A stretch of 58,850 nt of DNA, counting the filler, from Porpidia crustulata (Eukaryota): the NCBI GenBank assembly GCA_964255105.1. It is 3 parts of 3 records of this genome, joined end to end, with 100 filler letters (N's around TTAATTAATTAA, not from the genome) between each part and the next. Parts side by side here need not be neighbours in the genome. Positions count along the whole stretch, not along the records: positions 19,676 to 39,216 come from CAXUWE010000140.1; 2 more parts are not named here. One strand, written 5' to 3'. This document shows, piece by piece, positions 23,799 through 37,700 of this stretch. The translations under genes and the position numbers were made by a program. The stretch's first letter is position 1. The number at the start of each line of letters is the position of its first letter. The notes under the pieces are model-generated. The model saw only the letters and a program-made list of their open reading frames with translations. It did not search any database and had not been told where the DNA came from.

Positions 23799-26692
23799 TT
23801 GACGCATGGCATGAGTAACTCGATAGGTAATGACTTTGGGAGGAAAGGGTAATGGAAAAGCTCGGTTATAATGTATCAAGATTCGGTACCTGGAATTCAT
23901 TAGTCGTATATGTGGTGCGGTTATAGCTCTATAAGTCAGCAATACACGTTAGCATTCTCAGCAATCCGCTACTACAATCCTGGACTCTTCTACATAACTA
24001 TGGCCAGCTCCTCAATTTTTCCGTAATCCCAGTAGAGAGCCCAGTCATGGTTTCAGGGCCTGATGACGCTGGCGGAACCTGCGAAATCGTTCCCTCCAGT
24101 CGGCAACTCTTTCGCAGGTTTTGCGTCGCCAGCCCCGAGGACCCGATGGGTGACGAAGGGCCTCTTGGTGGCGCTCATCTTCTGACGGGGAGCCTGCCAG
24201 AGGCTTCCATCCCTCCATTACTCCAAGCATCATGGCCGCCTACCCTTTGTCAGTCTTGGTCCAGACTAGACACGCTGAATTGCTACAGCGTTGGGGTGGA
24301 TGGCTACTTACATCGCTACCGTACTCAGTAGCTATACTAGTTGTCATTGCTCTTCTTGTAATTGGGGTTATGCGACTTGGCGTAAACTTTGGCTCTTTGA
24401 ATTGCCTATGCTTGTCAACGGTTCCGAATTTGTGTATGCAGTAGGACTGATTGTGCTTCGAAAAAGCCAGGCGATGGTCTTGTCCCTGAATCCCGATGAA
24501 AAGAGTTTCAATAGGATGTTCTGGAGGCTCAATGATGGATGGAAGCGAAATGCAGCGTCGACTCTGCTTTGGTGCTTTGTAGCGCCCAAGGAATGCTGGA
24601 GGTCCAGACGAGTTTATTATATCAATCGATTGCGGTCTTAATGTAAGTAGGAACCGGGTGCTAAGTTTGCTGTCTATTTGATTCAAGCTCTACTTTCATC
24701 AGTTTATGATCTTGTAATTGATCTTCAACATGGGTTAATACAAAGCTTCGATGGATATGCGGCACCTGAGGTTCATCTGTGATCTGCTAAAGTCAGTTAA
24801 CGCTTCGTTATCTTGCTCTTCCATCTTCTAAAGGGGCTGACTACTTGGTCCGAAAGTGAACCCACCAGTCGAGGATCAAGCGGTGTGCGCCAAGAGCTGG
24901 TATCAAGAAGTGGAGGGGACCATTTAGGAGATGCAGATCGATTTATCGAGGTTTGTGGAAGTGGTGGTGTTGTCGTCGAAGATGTTGAGTGTTGCGCAAG
25001 TAGATTCATGTTTCTGTTTTCATTCATTCTGGAACCCATTAACTAAATAATTCGAAGAACCATCAGAATCTTTAGATGACACCATCAACCCTACCTTTAA
25101 ACAGGTATTGACTCTTGATCAGCCTTCAAGTCCGATGCAAGGACAGGACGATGGGGCAGGCAAGACTGTACCAAACACAACTTGAAAAGCAATTGACGGT
25201 CTCCAAAGAAAAGCGACAGTAATAGTCTCCTTAGAGCAGCAAAACGTAAAATTAGAGACGACCAATGCTTACAGAAGGGCAATGGTAGAATCAAAGAACT
25301 TCGAATAAGATCTTGCAATTACCAGGCCTTGGATGCCAATTGCCAAACAGAGGAATGTGACAAGGAGCATAGTCAGAGGAAGCTTCGTGCCATCACTAAG
25401 CCGAAAAAACTCTCTCGCACCCATTTAAGAAAGAGCGTCCTCGGCAAGCGCGGAGGTAGCATCATAGGTGGCAAGAGGACACGAGTAATACTGGGGCTTG
25501 GTTGCCCTGATGGACGAGGAAGGCATGCCTTGACGCTCCCAAGAAGACCAGCCAAGGAGGATCCACTTTGCTACCTACCAATTGCCAGACTGAAGTCAGG
25601 ACGCTTGGATGATCGTGAAAGGTATTGGCCAGGCCATGGATAGCAATGTGCCACAGAAATAAATACAGCCATGCCGGACTGGCATGCATTTTGCGCCTGT
25701 GGCAAGTTGGTATGACTCCTCATCATAGCTGTCCCAGACGCGGCAAGAGATAGCTTGGCCAGTCTCTTACATGACTTTGATTACAGGGAAGCTGTTAGAA
25801 AATACTGGAGTTTATGTTTTGTTTCGTCTCTGAGAGGAAGGAACCTTGAAAGTGGAAAGTTAGCAGTAAATATTCTTATGGGAGCTTGCAGCAGCAAACG
25901 CGGCTAGTCGCGCCACAGGGCGACACGCAAAACCGCAAGGATGATAGTGACATTGACGTCGGCGCAATTCAATCACATCACACAAAAAGGGCGATTAAAG
26001 AGCATTGATGCAGACGAGGGGATTAGCCTGGGATACTACACGTTAAAAGAGGTTGAGAGTTCGTTGTGGCGCGCGACCTGTTTCCCGTTCCCTGACTTCA
26101 ATTCAAGCCTCACAAACATTTATTACTCGTTCTACTTCATTTAGATAGTACCTACCTTTTGCGCCAACTCCAAGCCTAATGGGGCATTCAAGATCCCCAT
26201 TTCCATAATTCCCATTCGATAGACAGCAGGTCCATGAGCACGAACATCGACACAAAGGACAAGACTAAGTACTTATTGTAAAAGAGGTGGGGAGAGAAAG
26301 TGAAGACAGGATTGGTTGATCCCTCTCTCCTTCCTAGATCTCAAAGGCCTCGCCTAAGATGAGTAGAGGAGTGGACTAGCAGATTTGTGAGCCAAAAGGC
26401 GTAGCCATATACTACAAGTAGTCAAACGGAAATGGTCGAAGAATATGGGCGACTAGGCCGATTGAAACGTTTCGAGACAGGAAAGCCCAAAAACTGGAGG
26501 TCTTCGTAGTATCCATTGTTTAACTGTACAGGTGGCTTCAGGCTAAGCTAGAGTAGTTCATTTGTAAAGTAATACCCTGATGGAGCTGACTTAAGTCAAG
26601 CGTGCCCTTGGATAATGTTCACTAAAATGCCAAAATAAGCTGCATCTATCAACAATGAGCTTATGGTGATATCGTCAATGTCACTCTTCGTT

Positions 26693-27409
26693 TTAAGGAG
26701 CAGAATTTGGGAAGGCGAATTCAGTGATGGTCCCGGTACCGGTGATAGTCGTAAGGGTTGTTGTAGTAGTGGGAGTGGAGGTAGTCAACTAATTAGTTGT
26801 GAGAAAAATGGTGTCCACTGATTAAAGAGTGTACTCACAGGAGTTGTACTAGTAGTGGCGGTAGCTGTCACAGTGGCGGTAGTAGTGCCGGCGCTTTTCA
26901 ATAGGCAAGAGCAGGCGCTAGAAATGCGAGCAGCCTGGGAGTTTGGCCCACACTGCGATGCATAGGCTGGGTATGTCTGAGGCAAACTTGGGGGAGTCGA
27001 AGCATCGGGTTGTCTCTTGGATAAGTAACCTAGCGTTGCTATGGTAATTGTCGCCTCGGAACTGTCGTCCGATCAGTAAATGCTCGGGAAAGAAGTACAT
27101 GACATCCTACGTTGTGGTTGTTACAACAATAGTTGATCCTGTGATTGTCTGGGTTGCTGCAGTGACAGTCGTAGTAGTAGTCGTCGTAGTATATTGGGTG
27201 TTCGCTGGTACACTTGTGCTGAGGTAGGAGCTGCAGAAACTAGATGCATCCGCTATCCGACTGGAAGGCGACGTTGCTCTGAAGGCACGAAGACAATTGT
27301 CGGCGTTGCAGGTGGAAGCTGCTCTCGGGTTAAGAGGAGCTGGGACAGCAAACCCATAAGCGAGGGTAGAAAGGCCAAGAATGACTGAGGTGTAAGACTG
27401 CAAGAACAT
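26693..27409 (-). CDS. Secreted Thr-rich protein with two Cys modules
   Basis: Signal peptide MFLQSYTSVILGLSTLAYG; CNADNCLRA..SSFCSSYL; YASQC...ISSACSCL; introns ~27062-27110 and 26789-26838 join in frame and end ...FAFPNSAP*. Confidence 0.8.
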
Positions 27410-29883
27410 CGCTGGAAGAGACTTGGTATTATCGTCGAAGGTCAATTGTTCATGGATCAGCTACTGCAATACGAGAAGATGAGTGACAGGATGTGGTCGA
27501 GATGGAAGGGCAGAGCAGCTTTTATATCGCAGTACTGCAAGACGAGATCTAGTAGATTCTTACTACCATGGCCTAATAATGACAAAATGGAACCGTAGGG
27601 AGACGCGCCACTATACTCATGCTATGATTCCTATTACTCTTAGATCTCTTCATCTTCCAACAAGGCCATGCCACTGCCGTCAATGATTGACCGCACGACA
27701 GCCTATTGGTAGCGTACCAATGGCCGACATGGAAGTCAGAGCGATACGCAGCAGGGCCGACGTGTGTAGGTGAAAAGAAGCTTCAGTTCAAGCTCTTTTG
27801 TATCTTTACCAAGCATTGGCTACAGCACCAATGACAGGTCCCCAAGATCTGGAATCTCAAATTAAGAGCTAGTCGTGGCGCTGGACCAGGAACCAGAATC
27901 TCCACATCGTTAAGCTTCGCCGTAGAGGGCTCCTCTGGACCAGCCCATCGTCTCTAACTCCTACGTGGGAGTCGAGGACCATCACCAAATGGAGGCCAAT
28001 TGCGCGCTGAAAAATCCGCTAGCTATGTCGTAAATCAAGTCCCAGGCCGCTCAATTGGGAATCCGCTTAATTAGGGTAGGCGCTAGTACCGCTAAGATCT
28101 CCTAATTTCGCTTAGCCTGATATCTCCCCAGATAGCTTAATCTCGTTCCTGGAACATGCGAAAGCTTCAGTCAGCCACCAAAGGGCGGGGTGGAAGAGCC
28201 TCGAGTGAATCCAAGAATCGGAGACTCCGAGGGAGACTCCGAGATTGTCAAAGCCATTTGTCGAGGTTCAGTCGTGCCAATTGCCAGTGAAAGGGAGAAT
28301 GCCTATCTGCACTATCTGAATATTTGCCTCGTCCTCCGAGACTTCAGAGCGAGAGCGTCATGCAAAAAAATATGGGCACCGTGCAACTGCGTACTGCGTG
28401 AGCCGTGCCATGAGAAACTTCAATATCACGATGTGAGTACAATGATCCACATACTAGCAACAACATTTATTAGTATTATCCTTCTGGACTTGCGGTCCTC
28501 AGACTCTCCTCTGCGCTGGATCTTCCTAAGGAGGGCTAGAGAGCAAGATCTGCGGTTGTGGCTTGCGTAGGAAGAAATTTCGATTTGATAATAATGACGC
28601 GGTGGGAAGCACTAATCAACAAGGCTGGCGATTAAGGAACTCCATACTTACTCGCTGAGCCACTGGTCGAAGCCTTGGCTCTCTTTCATGGTCCTTTCGA
28701 GATTCACTAATTGATAAAACCTGTTTGGCAGGATGAGACAGTGCCTCTTAATGAATGAGTTGCTGCCGGGCAGAATCTATCATTGCACTTAGATTGGAGG
28801 GAAGAGTTTGCTGGACCGCGTGTACTGAAGAATGGCGCCGTGATGTTATATTGGACTCCTGGGATATAGAAATGCTTCGACAATGATTCAGAACAACCTC
28901 TATGTCGCTTTGTTGTTGGCACTCCTTATTGCATCGTGGCTTGCTTTCTAGGATGTGTCCTCCCCTTGCTGGTAGTTCGTTGCCAAAGATTGAATCTCGA
29001 CATTTCTAGGTTGCCGGCTGATTTCGAACAAAGCCGCAGATTAAAGTAATTGGACGGTTCAAGAAATAATAACATGTTTCCAAACTGCTGTATGAAAAAG
29101 ATCCGGCATCACGCTCCCATGTTGGGGCCATTTCTTACATCCACCAATATTGAAGCACGGAAACACGAATTGGGAGGTATCGAAGTTGTACGGTCTACCT
29201 TTCCATTCCTTATCCTCTTTCATCGCACCCGCCTATCCTCCTAACCCCCATACTCTACATCTGCAAAGGCTCCCCGAGTGGCAAAGACCCTTGATCGCTG
29301 GATCTCTCAAACTCGAGCCCCAGCTCAACGTGTAGCTTTGTAAATAAGAACATGATCAAATCTCGACCAGCGGTGTTCACGGGTAGCGCCTGAATTGACA
29401 CATAAATTGAAACATGAAGAGACCAGAAGCTCACGTTGAGACTACCGCCCACAGGTACAGCGGAACAAAGACTTATGGTTCATTCAGTGGTCGATTGTGT
29501 CTCCTTGCGAGGGTGCGAGGAAGGCACAATTTTATTGCGGCTCTCGCGATAATAGCTCCATCCCAGTAACCCAGGGTGTCCCATGTCAATCCGTCCGATT
29601 CCTTCATGGCAAGGCGTCGGAAACATTTGATGTCTTGGGAACCTCGAAAATTTTATGCCGTCAACTCGGGGGACCAATATTACTTCTTCGTCCCTTCTGT
29701 AACATCATGACAACTTAAATGGGCCATTATCCGATAACTTGCTGATGAACAAAGCAAGGGTGGAAAACTAAGGAGCTTGGTAGTCTACGTAGGACATGCC
29801 ACTGCAACCGTTGTTTCTGGTACAACAGGCCGTCGGCCCTCTACAAAGTCACGAACGTACCGACAAGGCTCTGCAGGCCTCTT

Positions 29884-30974
29884 TCATTTCTTCTTGATGA
29901 CATCTTCTCTCTTTGCCCCGACTCTTCCTAAAAAGTCCATCTTTCCTAGATAGCCCTCTTTTCCTTTTTCCGCCTTGTCTAGCTCCTCCTTCATCCCTTC
30001 TTTATCCACATACCCTGCCCAATCCAGCTTACTTTTCTCTATCGTATTCAACTTCGGACCTTTATTAAGTGCTACCGCTGCTCCTGGTACTCCATTAGGA
30101 TTTGGGTCAAACATGGAGGGCCGCTTCTTTGGACGTCTCAGCGCGGGTTTGCCACTGGAATTGGACGAGGTTTGTTGTTCTTGCCGCTGAGAAGCTTCTT
30201 GGGACTGCAGGTAAAGGCGTGCTTCATCGGAAGAAGCAGGGACTAATTTTTCTTCGGTCGTGGTTTGGCCTGCATAGACATATGTGCGTCTTATTGTGAT
30301 CGTAGGTTCGGAGTGAGAGATTGCATTGGTATTTGCGGGCTTCGAAGATGTGTTGAGATCATTCGTACCTAGAGGAAGACCGTTGGTGGTTTCGTTGGTG
30401 CTTTTTCGGCTCTGTACTACTTCTGCTGCATCCCCTGGTGGCTTTACTGTAGAAGTCGGCTTCGGCGCACTATTCATTCTTGCCCATAGCTCGTCCACGT
30501 CCACAGTCACACCTTCAGTATTGGTAGATGCTTCTTTCTTTTCATCAGTACTATGATATAAGTCAAGAGTCAGCCTTCCACATTTTGAAAGTACGCAATC
30601 GGGGGCGCAAAAATCTCGATGTGTTACTTGAATCCACTATGTATCTCCACGAATTAAGCCCCGGGAATGCGAAGTATCCCCACTTACCCACCCCTGCCGC
30701 TCCTTGTCCTGACTCTCAGACCTACTCCCCCCTCATCTGCCTCCCCATGAGCTCCATCCTCATCCGTCTTCCTATCCTCTCCCTTTTTCCTTCTCTTCTT
30801 GATCCCCTCCTTAACAATTTTCTCATCCCCAGAGTCTATCTGATCCACTGCCCTTCTCTTTTTACCCTTTGTGGCATCATGCTCACTATCTGAGGCAGAA
30901 GATATTTGGTTAGATGCATCGAAGTCGGAATCAGCGGCGGAGTCATAGTCGTCGAGATCAGGTGGCACAGACAT
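29884..30974 (-). CDS. SWC5: SWR1-complex protein Swc5 (BCNT/Bucentaur-C domain)
   Basis: Acidic N-terminus YDSAADSDF; VRTRS; intron 30551-30687; ITIRRTYVYAG; KLNTIEKSKLDWAGYVDKEG..EEL....GYL..MDFLGRV. Confidence 0.93.
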
Positions 30975-31437
30975 GATGAAGCCACTTATTGAAGGATATG
31001 ATGTTGGGAGGTGGGACAGGGTGAGACTAGAATATTTTGACCCAAAATGTATAGGTATTTGGAACTACCACTAGTGAAGTAAATTGTCCTGCACTGTGAT
31101 TGCGTGTTGGAGTAACAGATCACTGAGCGGGAAGACCTTGGGGGGCTGTGGCTAGCTATCGCTTAGCGGCCTTAGCTACTTTGTGGGGTACCTAAGCGTG
31201 CCAGGTACTTGAGGTAGGTGTCACGGTGTCGAAGGTAAGTCGAGGTATCTTTCCATCATGTAGTCCGTGGCACATCAGAAGCAAGACCCAAGTACTCTTT
31301 TACCCTTCCAAATTCTCACCTTGTCACAGAGTCTCCTAAGGTGAGCTGCCCGTTGCGGTATTGTGCGTCCAGTGCGAACACCTTAACAAGAGCTGCCCGC
31401 CCTCTGGTACCTTATCCCCATCCAAAGAACCTTCATT

Positions 31438-32316
31438 ATGACCATTATAACAGAAATTACTGGAGACCTTTTCTCCGCTCCTACCGAGTCAATTCTTATT
31501 CGTAAGTTTCTCTACACTCTGCTTTGCTGACATTTCTCTAACGTTGACCAGATGCCTGCAATGCCAAGGGCGTTTGGGGTAGTAGTGTTGCTCTCGGATT
31601 CAAGCTGCGGGTCACTCTCTTTTTCGCTCCTTTGGCGAATGTGAACGCACTAATCAGATATCTCACAGTTCCCACAAGCCTTCAAAGCCTACACTACTCA
31701 CTGCAAATCGCCACCCGAAGGAATCAGTCTTGGTCTCTATCAGGAAGGTCTAGTTGGCACTTGCCTTCTGATCGATACCTCTGGTTCCCAGCCGTCTCAG
31801 AACACTAAGAACAGAGCCCGCTCCATCCCAGGAATCAATCAATACTATATTGCCTGTCTTTTTACCTCAGTAGGCTACGGCAAGAATGTGTCAACCCCTG
31901 ACGTGATCCTACGCAACACCGCCTCCGCACTGCAGGATTTAGAGACACATATCTCATTACTGAAGCGAGAGAAGGACTGGCAGGGTCAAGTGTGGGCGGT
32001 GAGGATCAATAGCGGTCGCTTCGGCGTTGCTTGGCAACGCACGAAGCATGTCTTGAAGATAGAGAACGTCAATATCACTGTTGTGCGACCACAGGACGAT
32101 GAAGAGGAAAGTCAAACGCAGTACAACAAGACGACTGAAGGGAGGAGGTATGGAAAGAGGGAGAACAGCAACGTCGAGGGCATCAACGCCGAGAGCAGCA
32201 AGAAGCGGGGATCAGTAGATGAGGCAGAAAGCCACGGTATATCGGAAGAGGATTCTATGAGGGTTGAACAGAAACGTATCAAGTGGATGCGGAGGAAAGC
32301 GCCGGGAAACGTTTAG
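31438..32316 (+). CDS. POA1: ADP-ribose-1''-phosphate phosphatase, Poa1-like macrodomain protein
   Basis: Exons MTIITEITGDLFSAP..ILIH | ACNAKGVWGSSVA | FPQAF; GTCLLI; IACLFTSVGYG; RINSGRFGVAW; introns 31502-31551 and 31611-31668. Confidence 0.85.
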
Positions 32317-34295
32317 GTGTCAAGAAGACGGAGATCCCGATGCTTGAGCATTACAGTTGGTCACTAGATAATGATTCTGCCGCAATCACGTCTCGCCGGT
32401 GAATGGATCGCCGAACATGCTTCCCTCAATCCATCTCACCACCGCCCTCAAATGACTCACCGGCCCATCCAAGACCTCGAGCTGGAGCCTTGAAGCCGCT
32501 GCGCAAGCACGTTCCACCAACCCATCTCTATTTGCACCCATCTCAGCCCTATTCGCTGTGCGGTCATACTTAAGAATGTCGCGCGTGAACCATCGATTGG
32601 ATTGAAAGAATTGTGGGCCATGATATTTGGGAGGAACCATTCTTGACGACTTCCATGTAAGCAAAATCTTCCTTTGGCTCTTTCGCCTTCATACCATGGG
32701 TCTTGAATAAAGTCTAGAATTGAATACACGGCGCGTCTAATTCTATGCATGATGGCAAATGGGTGACGTGGTTCCGCCGAGGTTGAGATGGCTCTGTTGG
32801 TCGCGCTACCCATGGAAATCGAGTTGTGTCATGTTCATGCATCTTCGCTACAGACTGCCTATGATAGCCCACGTGCAATTGAGTACCGACCTCTCCCTTA
32901 AAGCACGTCCACTAATCAAGCGGAAAGAATCAATTGGACTGAGCCATCTACAACCGAATGGACGGCAGTATGGCACAGCTTGATGCCCTATAGCATATTT
33001 TACCCCTGCATAGCGACTTCAAAGTTCCAGATACATGAAGCTTAGTCCTATCTTCCTAATCTAGCATATCAAATTATACAGAATTTTCTGCGGAAAGAAT
33101 TTCGAGGGAGCAGTGCCGCGTATCTCAATTTCCAGCGCTGCGGTTGGCACTGCCTGCCACCGTGCCGAGCAAGAGTTAGAAACGCAAATTCTGCCGGTGG
33201 AACAAGATGCGGCCGAACAACATGATCGAGTGAAGATTGCTCTAACAAAATTTCCTTTACCATCACTATACCTTTGCTAGAGCATCCATGTTCAGGAATG
33301 ACTCAACACTTCAGATACCAAAAAGATAGAAGAAATCCCAGCAATTATCAGAAAGAATCGCTCAGACTGCAAACCTGTAAATGATATGCCCAGGACAATC
33401 AAATTGGAAGGCTCCAGACATTGCAAGAACGGATTGCTAAGACGTTCGTTTCGAAGCAATACGCACCCGTCCACCTTCCTAGCACTTTGAACTCAGCAAT
33501 TTGGTTATCAAGTTAATTCTTATATTATCATTTATTGCTGAGACACACTGATGTCTCGTCACATGAATTGACTATAGTATTACCCATAATCAAGGAAACT
33601 CCGATCGTTTTCTTCTTTCGCGCCATTGGAGACTATAGAACGGACACCCAATTCATAAGTCGGTAGTTCTTGCAGGAACAAAACCATGGAGCTTGTGAAC
33701 GATGCACCTTCCAACTCTACGTGCTTTTCTTATTGTCAAAAGGATCGATGTTCAGCGTCCGTCACCAATCATGAATCACATCAAATACTTGTAGCACCAC
33801 ACTTTATCGGTATTCAGATTATTGACAGGTTTTTTCTTTCTGGATGGAGCTCTTCTGGATCCTGGTTCTGAGTATCGTTGCTGGCCTTGCTCTCCTAATC
33901 CTTCTTTTTCGATTTTTGCTCTACGTGAGGAGTACTTGTGCAACATCGCCACTACCATGATATATCCTGTGGGCTCGTCCTTGTGCACATCTGTCCGATT
34001 GCCTGTGGAGCCGCAAAAGCGACAAGGTCCTCTTTTCCTTTGGTATGGGGAGCAGGCCGTCCAAAGCAACACAACCTTTCAAAGTGAAGTAGACTTCCAT
34101 GTCAACGCAAAGTACCCATCGCCTAATAGCATAATTCCCGAGCGAGCCAACAAAAAAGTTCGACTCGCACTGGCGGAACGGGACGAGATTCGTAGCCGCC
34201 TATGCGACATTATCCGCATACAAAGACTTATCAAAGCCTCTTTTCCAACACAACAAGGCACCGGTTCTAAAGTCATAAGAAAAATACACGTTTAT

Positions 34296-34880
34296 ATGGC
34301 GCTGTCCAAGCGTTCTCTTAGCATATTCATAGCACTCTTGATTTTCTATAGCCGCGCACTAAGCCTATCAGTCACTCCAGCGGTTCCACCGAAATACTCA
34401 GTCGCACATGGAAACGTTTCTTCCAGTCCTCTCAAACCACGCTGTACCGACTCTCGAGAATGGATTGGTGGAGGCTACAATGCCGAAGACTGCGCGTCTG
34501 CACTACGTTTGCTCTTCTGGACTGAAGTCCGGAGTCGTCCCCTCGAGCCTTTCGAATTCCTCGCCGCAGGCGACATCCCAACCTCACGGCACAGTGTCGT
34601 TGTGACTCCAAAGAGATACACTCGAGGCACGTGCACCGTTGCAATCGTTATGCTGGAGTTCTTCGCCCGGGCCGGGTTAGTCTTACCAGATCAAACGCCG
34701 TACATCTTGAGTCCCAAATCGGACGTTGCAACTTGGCAGTCTCTCTGGGGAGCGGCGACGAGGATCCGGGCGAGGTGCGGTGAGGCAAACGTTATGGGAT
34801 GGGATGCTAGGGGTAATGAAGGAGGTATTGGGCTTTTCGTTTGGGCCACTGGGTCGGGGATGGATAAAAGCGTGCCTTAG
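34296..34880 (+). CDS. Small secreted Cys-containing protein (194 aa), effector-like
   Basis: Signal peptide MALSKRSLSIFIALLIFYSRALS; 4 Cys in pattern C..DC..A..TP...GTC.V...DVATW..L..AA..I...C....GW. Confidence 0.75.
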   Translation: MALSKRSLSIFIALLIFYSRALSLSVTPAVPPKYSVAHGNVSSSPLKPRCTDSREWIGGGYNAEDCASALRLLFWTEVRSRPLEPFEFLAAGDIPTSRHSVVVTPKRYTRGTCTVAIVMLEFFARAGLVLPDQTPYILSPKSDVATWQSLWGAATRIRARCGEANVMGWDARGNEGGIGLFVWATGSGMDKSVP

Positions 34881-35526
34881 GATAAGAAACGTGTCTTACT
34901 GCGTTTCTTTTCCGGTCCACAAGCTGCCCCTACATTTCAGTAGCTATTTTGTTCAAATCGCCGACTCGTGAGGTGGATTTTAACCGTGGGATTAGACCTA
35001 GAATACATCGCTGGCGACGGTATGCTCGCGTGGTCTGCCGCGCAGATTAAGGATACATAAGGCTTTTTACTGCGCTTTCTTTCGCAGAACTTATCAGTGA
35101 AGGGCTGCATTCGTTCTTGGCGGTAGTTCTCCGAGATGAAACATTCATCGCAATATAATTGACACAGGAAGGCTGCTAATGCGAAAGGTTCGCGACTTTG
35201 TTTGACACCCTTTATCCAACTTTTCAAGCGCCTCTGAGAGAAATGCCGCAGCGGCGTCTTCGGAATGGAATGTCCATAAACGATCGCAAATGAAAGCTCG
35301 AATTACTGATGTCAAGTGATTGGTGAAACTGTAAAAGAGTCTTACAAGAATTAATATTGCGTTTCGCGTTTCGTGACACTACGGAGTTCCATTCGAACCT
35401 CATCGCGCTTACTGTCATCGTCCATCATCCCTGTCGTCGATCGTGCTACCAAATGTGGCAGTGTGATCCAGACATTTCTATATCAGCCTTCGGCATTGGG
35501 TTGAAAAAGCTGGATAATCTTTGAGG

Positions 35527-37700
35527 ATGCGCAAGGGTACTCATAGCTGCCTAGAATGTTAGCTGAGAGATCAATAGATTACCATCGCTTATAGACTGAC
35601 AAACTTCCAGGTAGACGAAGGAAAATTCGTTGCATTTCTCGACCAGAAGACTCTTCTACCTGCTCCGAATGTTTTGCGCGCGGGACAAAATGTCGAGAGC
35701 AGAAACAGGGAGAACCGTATCCCAGCCCAATCGAAGAAAAGGCACCCTCAAACCTGCGAGAAAGAGTAGCACGATTGGAACGTGCTGTGGAGTCGATGCA
35801 GTCCATGCTCTTCACTAATGACGGAGCGGATACAAGCACAGCTCCAGAGCGAGATGCGGCAGAGGCACTGAGCAATCTGCAGTCGGATACTATATTGAAT
35901 CGGCCTGCGTCTAGTGACCCCCCTGACATATACTCTAATTACAACGAGAGGGCTCCACTGCTTTCAATGTTTGATAATGCTGTTGTGAGTGCCTCCTTTC
36001 AGCGCTTCTCGAAGGATTCGCTCATGGTGTATTAGCTGAGCAAAGAGGCTCACCAAGCACATCAACGCCATCATGATGACCACGATGAAACGCTTACGAA
36101 CAAGAGTAAATCTATTAATACAACCAGAGCTAAAACTAACCGCACTCGTCAGGCTCTCTTAGATCTACTGCCTTCGCAAAGTGATTTGCATGCAATACTG
36201 GAGTCTACGACTGTTTGGTGGGAGTCTTGGCGGGTCTTATTTCCAGAAATATCTGTCTCTAAAGAACAAAAGACATTGAAGAATCACATCCTGTGGGCGC
36301 TTAACCAAGTCAACCCTGTGAATATTGCCCAAGGTCTGATCTGTCTGGGCCTCTGTATTAGGCAGATTCGACCTGGCTTCGTTCACGGCTCTTTTCATTT
36401 GTCTCGGTCCCCGAAGGACACAATGAACCATTATATGAGCATAATTGACCAGTTAATTATTGCGGACGATGAGTACGGAGGGTCATGCGATGGCCTAGAA
36501 TTGATTATTCTAGTCGCGAAAACTTATGTAAATCTGGGACAGCCTCGTAAAGGGTGGCTACTTATTCGTCGAGGAATTTCTCTAGCCCAGCTCGTTGGTA
36601 TTCATCCTGATCGGAGATTGATGACCGATAAGTCGGGTGCATCGATGGAAAGGCTGGAAAACGCATGGTGGTCGTTGTACATGGTAGATCGTTACATCAG
36701 CTTGCTTCTGGGGCTCCCTTATGCACTAAGCGATGGGCCAGCTGTCAAAAAAGCCAGCGATTCTTGCACAGATCCTACGAGTCAATATCAACGAAAGATT
36801 GCCATGATCGTTGGAGATGTCATCGATAGAAACCAGGAGTCTTCGGGTCCGTCATTGCCCTTAACCCTCGAAATTGATCAGAAAATGGAGGATGCAGCAA
36901 GGATTATGACGGATGATTGGTGGAGCATTGATTCAGCCCTCTCATCTCAATCCATCAGTATTGAAGAGTCATTTGGCCGGAAAGGGACACAGCTTTGGCA
37001 TTTCCAGATCAAAGCCTTCTTGCATTTGCCGTTCATGCTACAATCTGCGACAGACCGTCGATACGAATACAATCGCCATGCTTGCTTGGATGCAGCTCGC
37101 CAAATGATCCATCGGTATCATCTATTCAGGCTAGATGACAAAGGGGCATATTTCACCTGCAAAGTAATGGATTTCCAGGTTTTCAACGCAGTGGTACTCC
37201 TACTCTTAGGCCTACTCGGCTACGGAGGTACATCTACTCGAAGTGACGGAGAAGATTTGCGATTGGTCGATACTACTTTGAACATACTACGTGGCGCTTC
37301 ACTTGCTGAACCGGATGATGCGATGCTCTCGCAATCTGTCGAGGCTATCGAGACACTAGCCGCATACCATAGCGACAGTTTTGCAGTCAACGGGCAGAAG
37401 GCGGGAAGAGACCGTAAAATCATTATTCCATACTTTGGGACGATCAATATATCTCCAGGATCGAGGTTCTTGGCGGCCAAGTCCAAGGATGGCAGTGCAA
37501 AGATTGCATCAAGCGCAACCCCGTCGCTGGCTGATGGATTACAGCCGACGCCTCCAAGCGATGTATCATATTATTTGCCCGATCCAGAATTTGACTTGAA
37601 TCCCTCCTTCGGATTGCCACACATTGATATTGACTGGTCTAGTGTTGTCAATATGGATCTCGATCAAAACTGGGATTGGACCCAATTGGGAATACAGTAG
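35527..37700 (+). CDS. Zn(II)2Cys6 transcription factor with fungal TF middle-homology domain
   Basis: MRKGTHSCLE|CRRRKIRC....TCSECFARGTKC across intron 35558-35609; 504-aa last exon with G.PRKGWL..RR....AQL.G.H and WWSLY..DRYISLLLGLPY. Confidence 0.92.

Noticed and set aside
24045..25689. Hydrophobic short ORFs on both strands
   Set aside because: May hide a small membrane-protein gene, but no consistent model could be built
16524..32316. Sirtuin plus macrodomain as a SirTM-type ADP-ribosylation system
   Set aside because: The genes are 14 kb apart on different contigs; the sirtuin has class III motifs and the macrodomain is Poa1-like
32386..33474. Short minus-strand ORFs, one with a Cys-rich stretch
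   Set aside because: No family signal; consistent with chance
33822..34295. 158-aa N-terminal extension of the 352-aa ORF
   Set aside because: TTG start and no protein-like features; the signal peptide begins at ATG 34296
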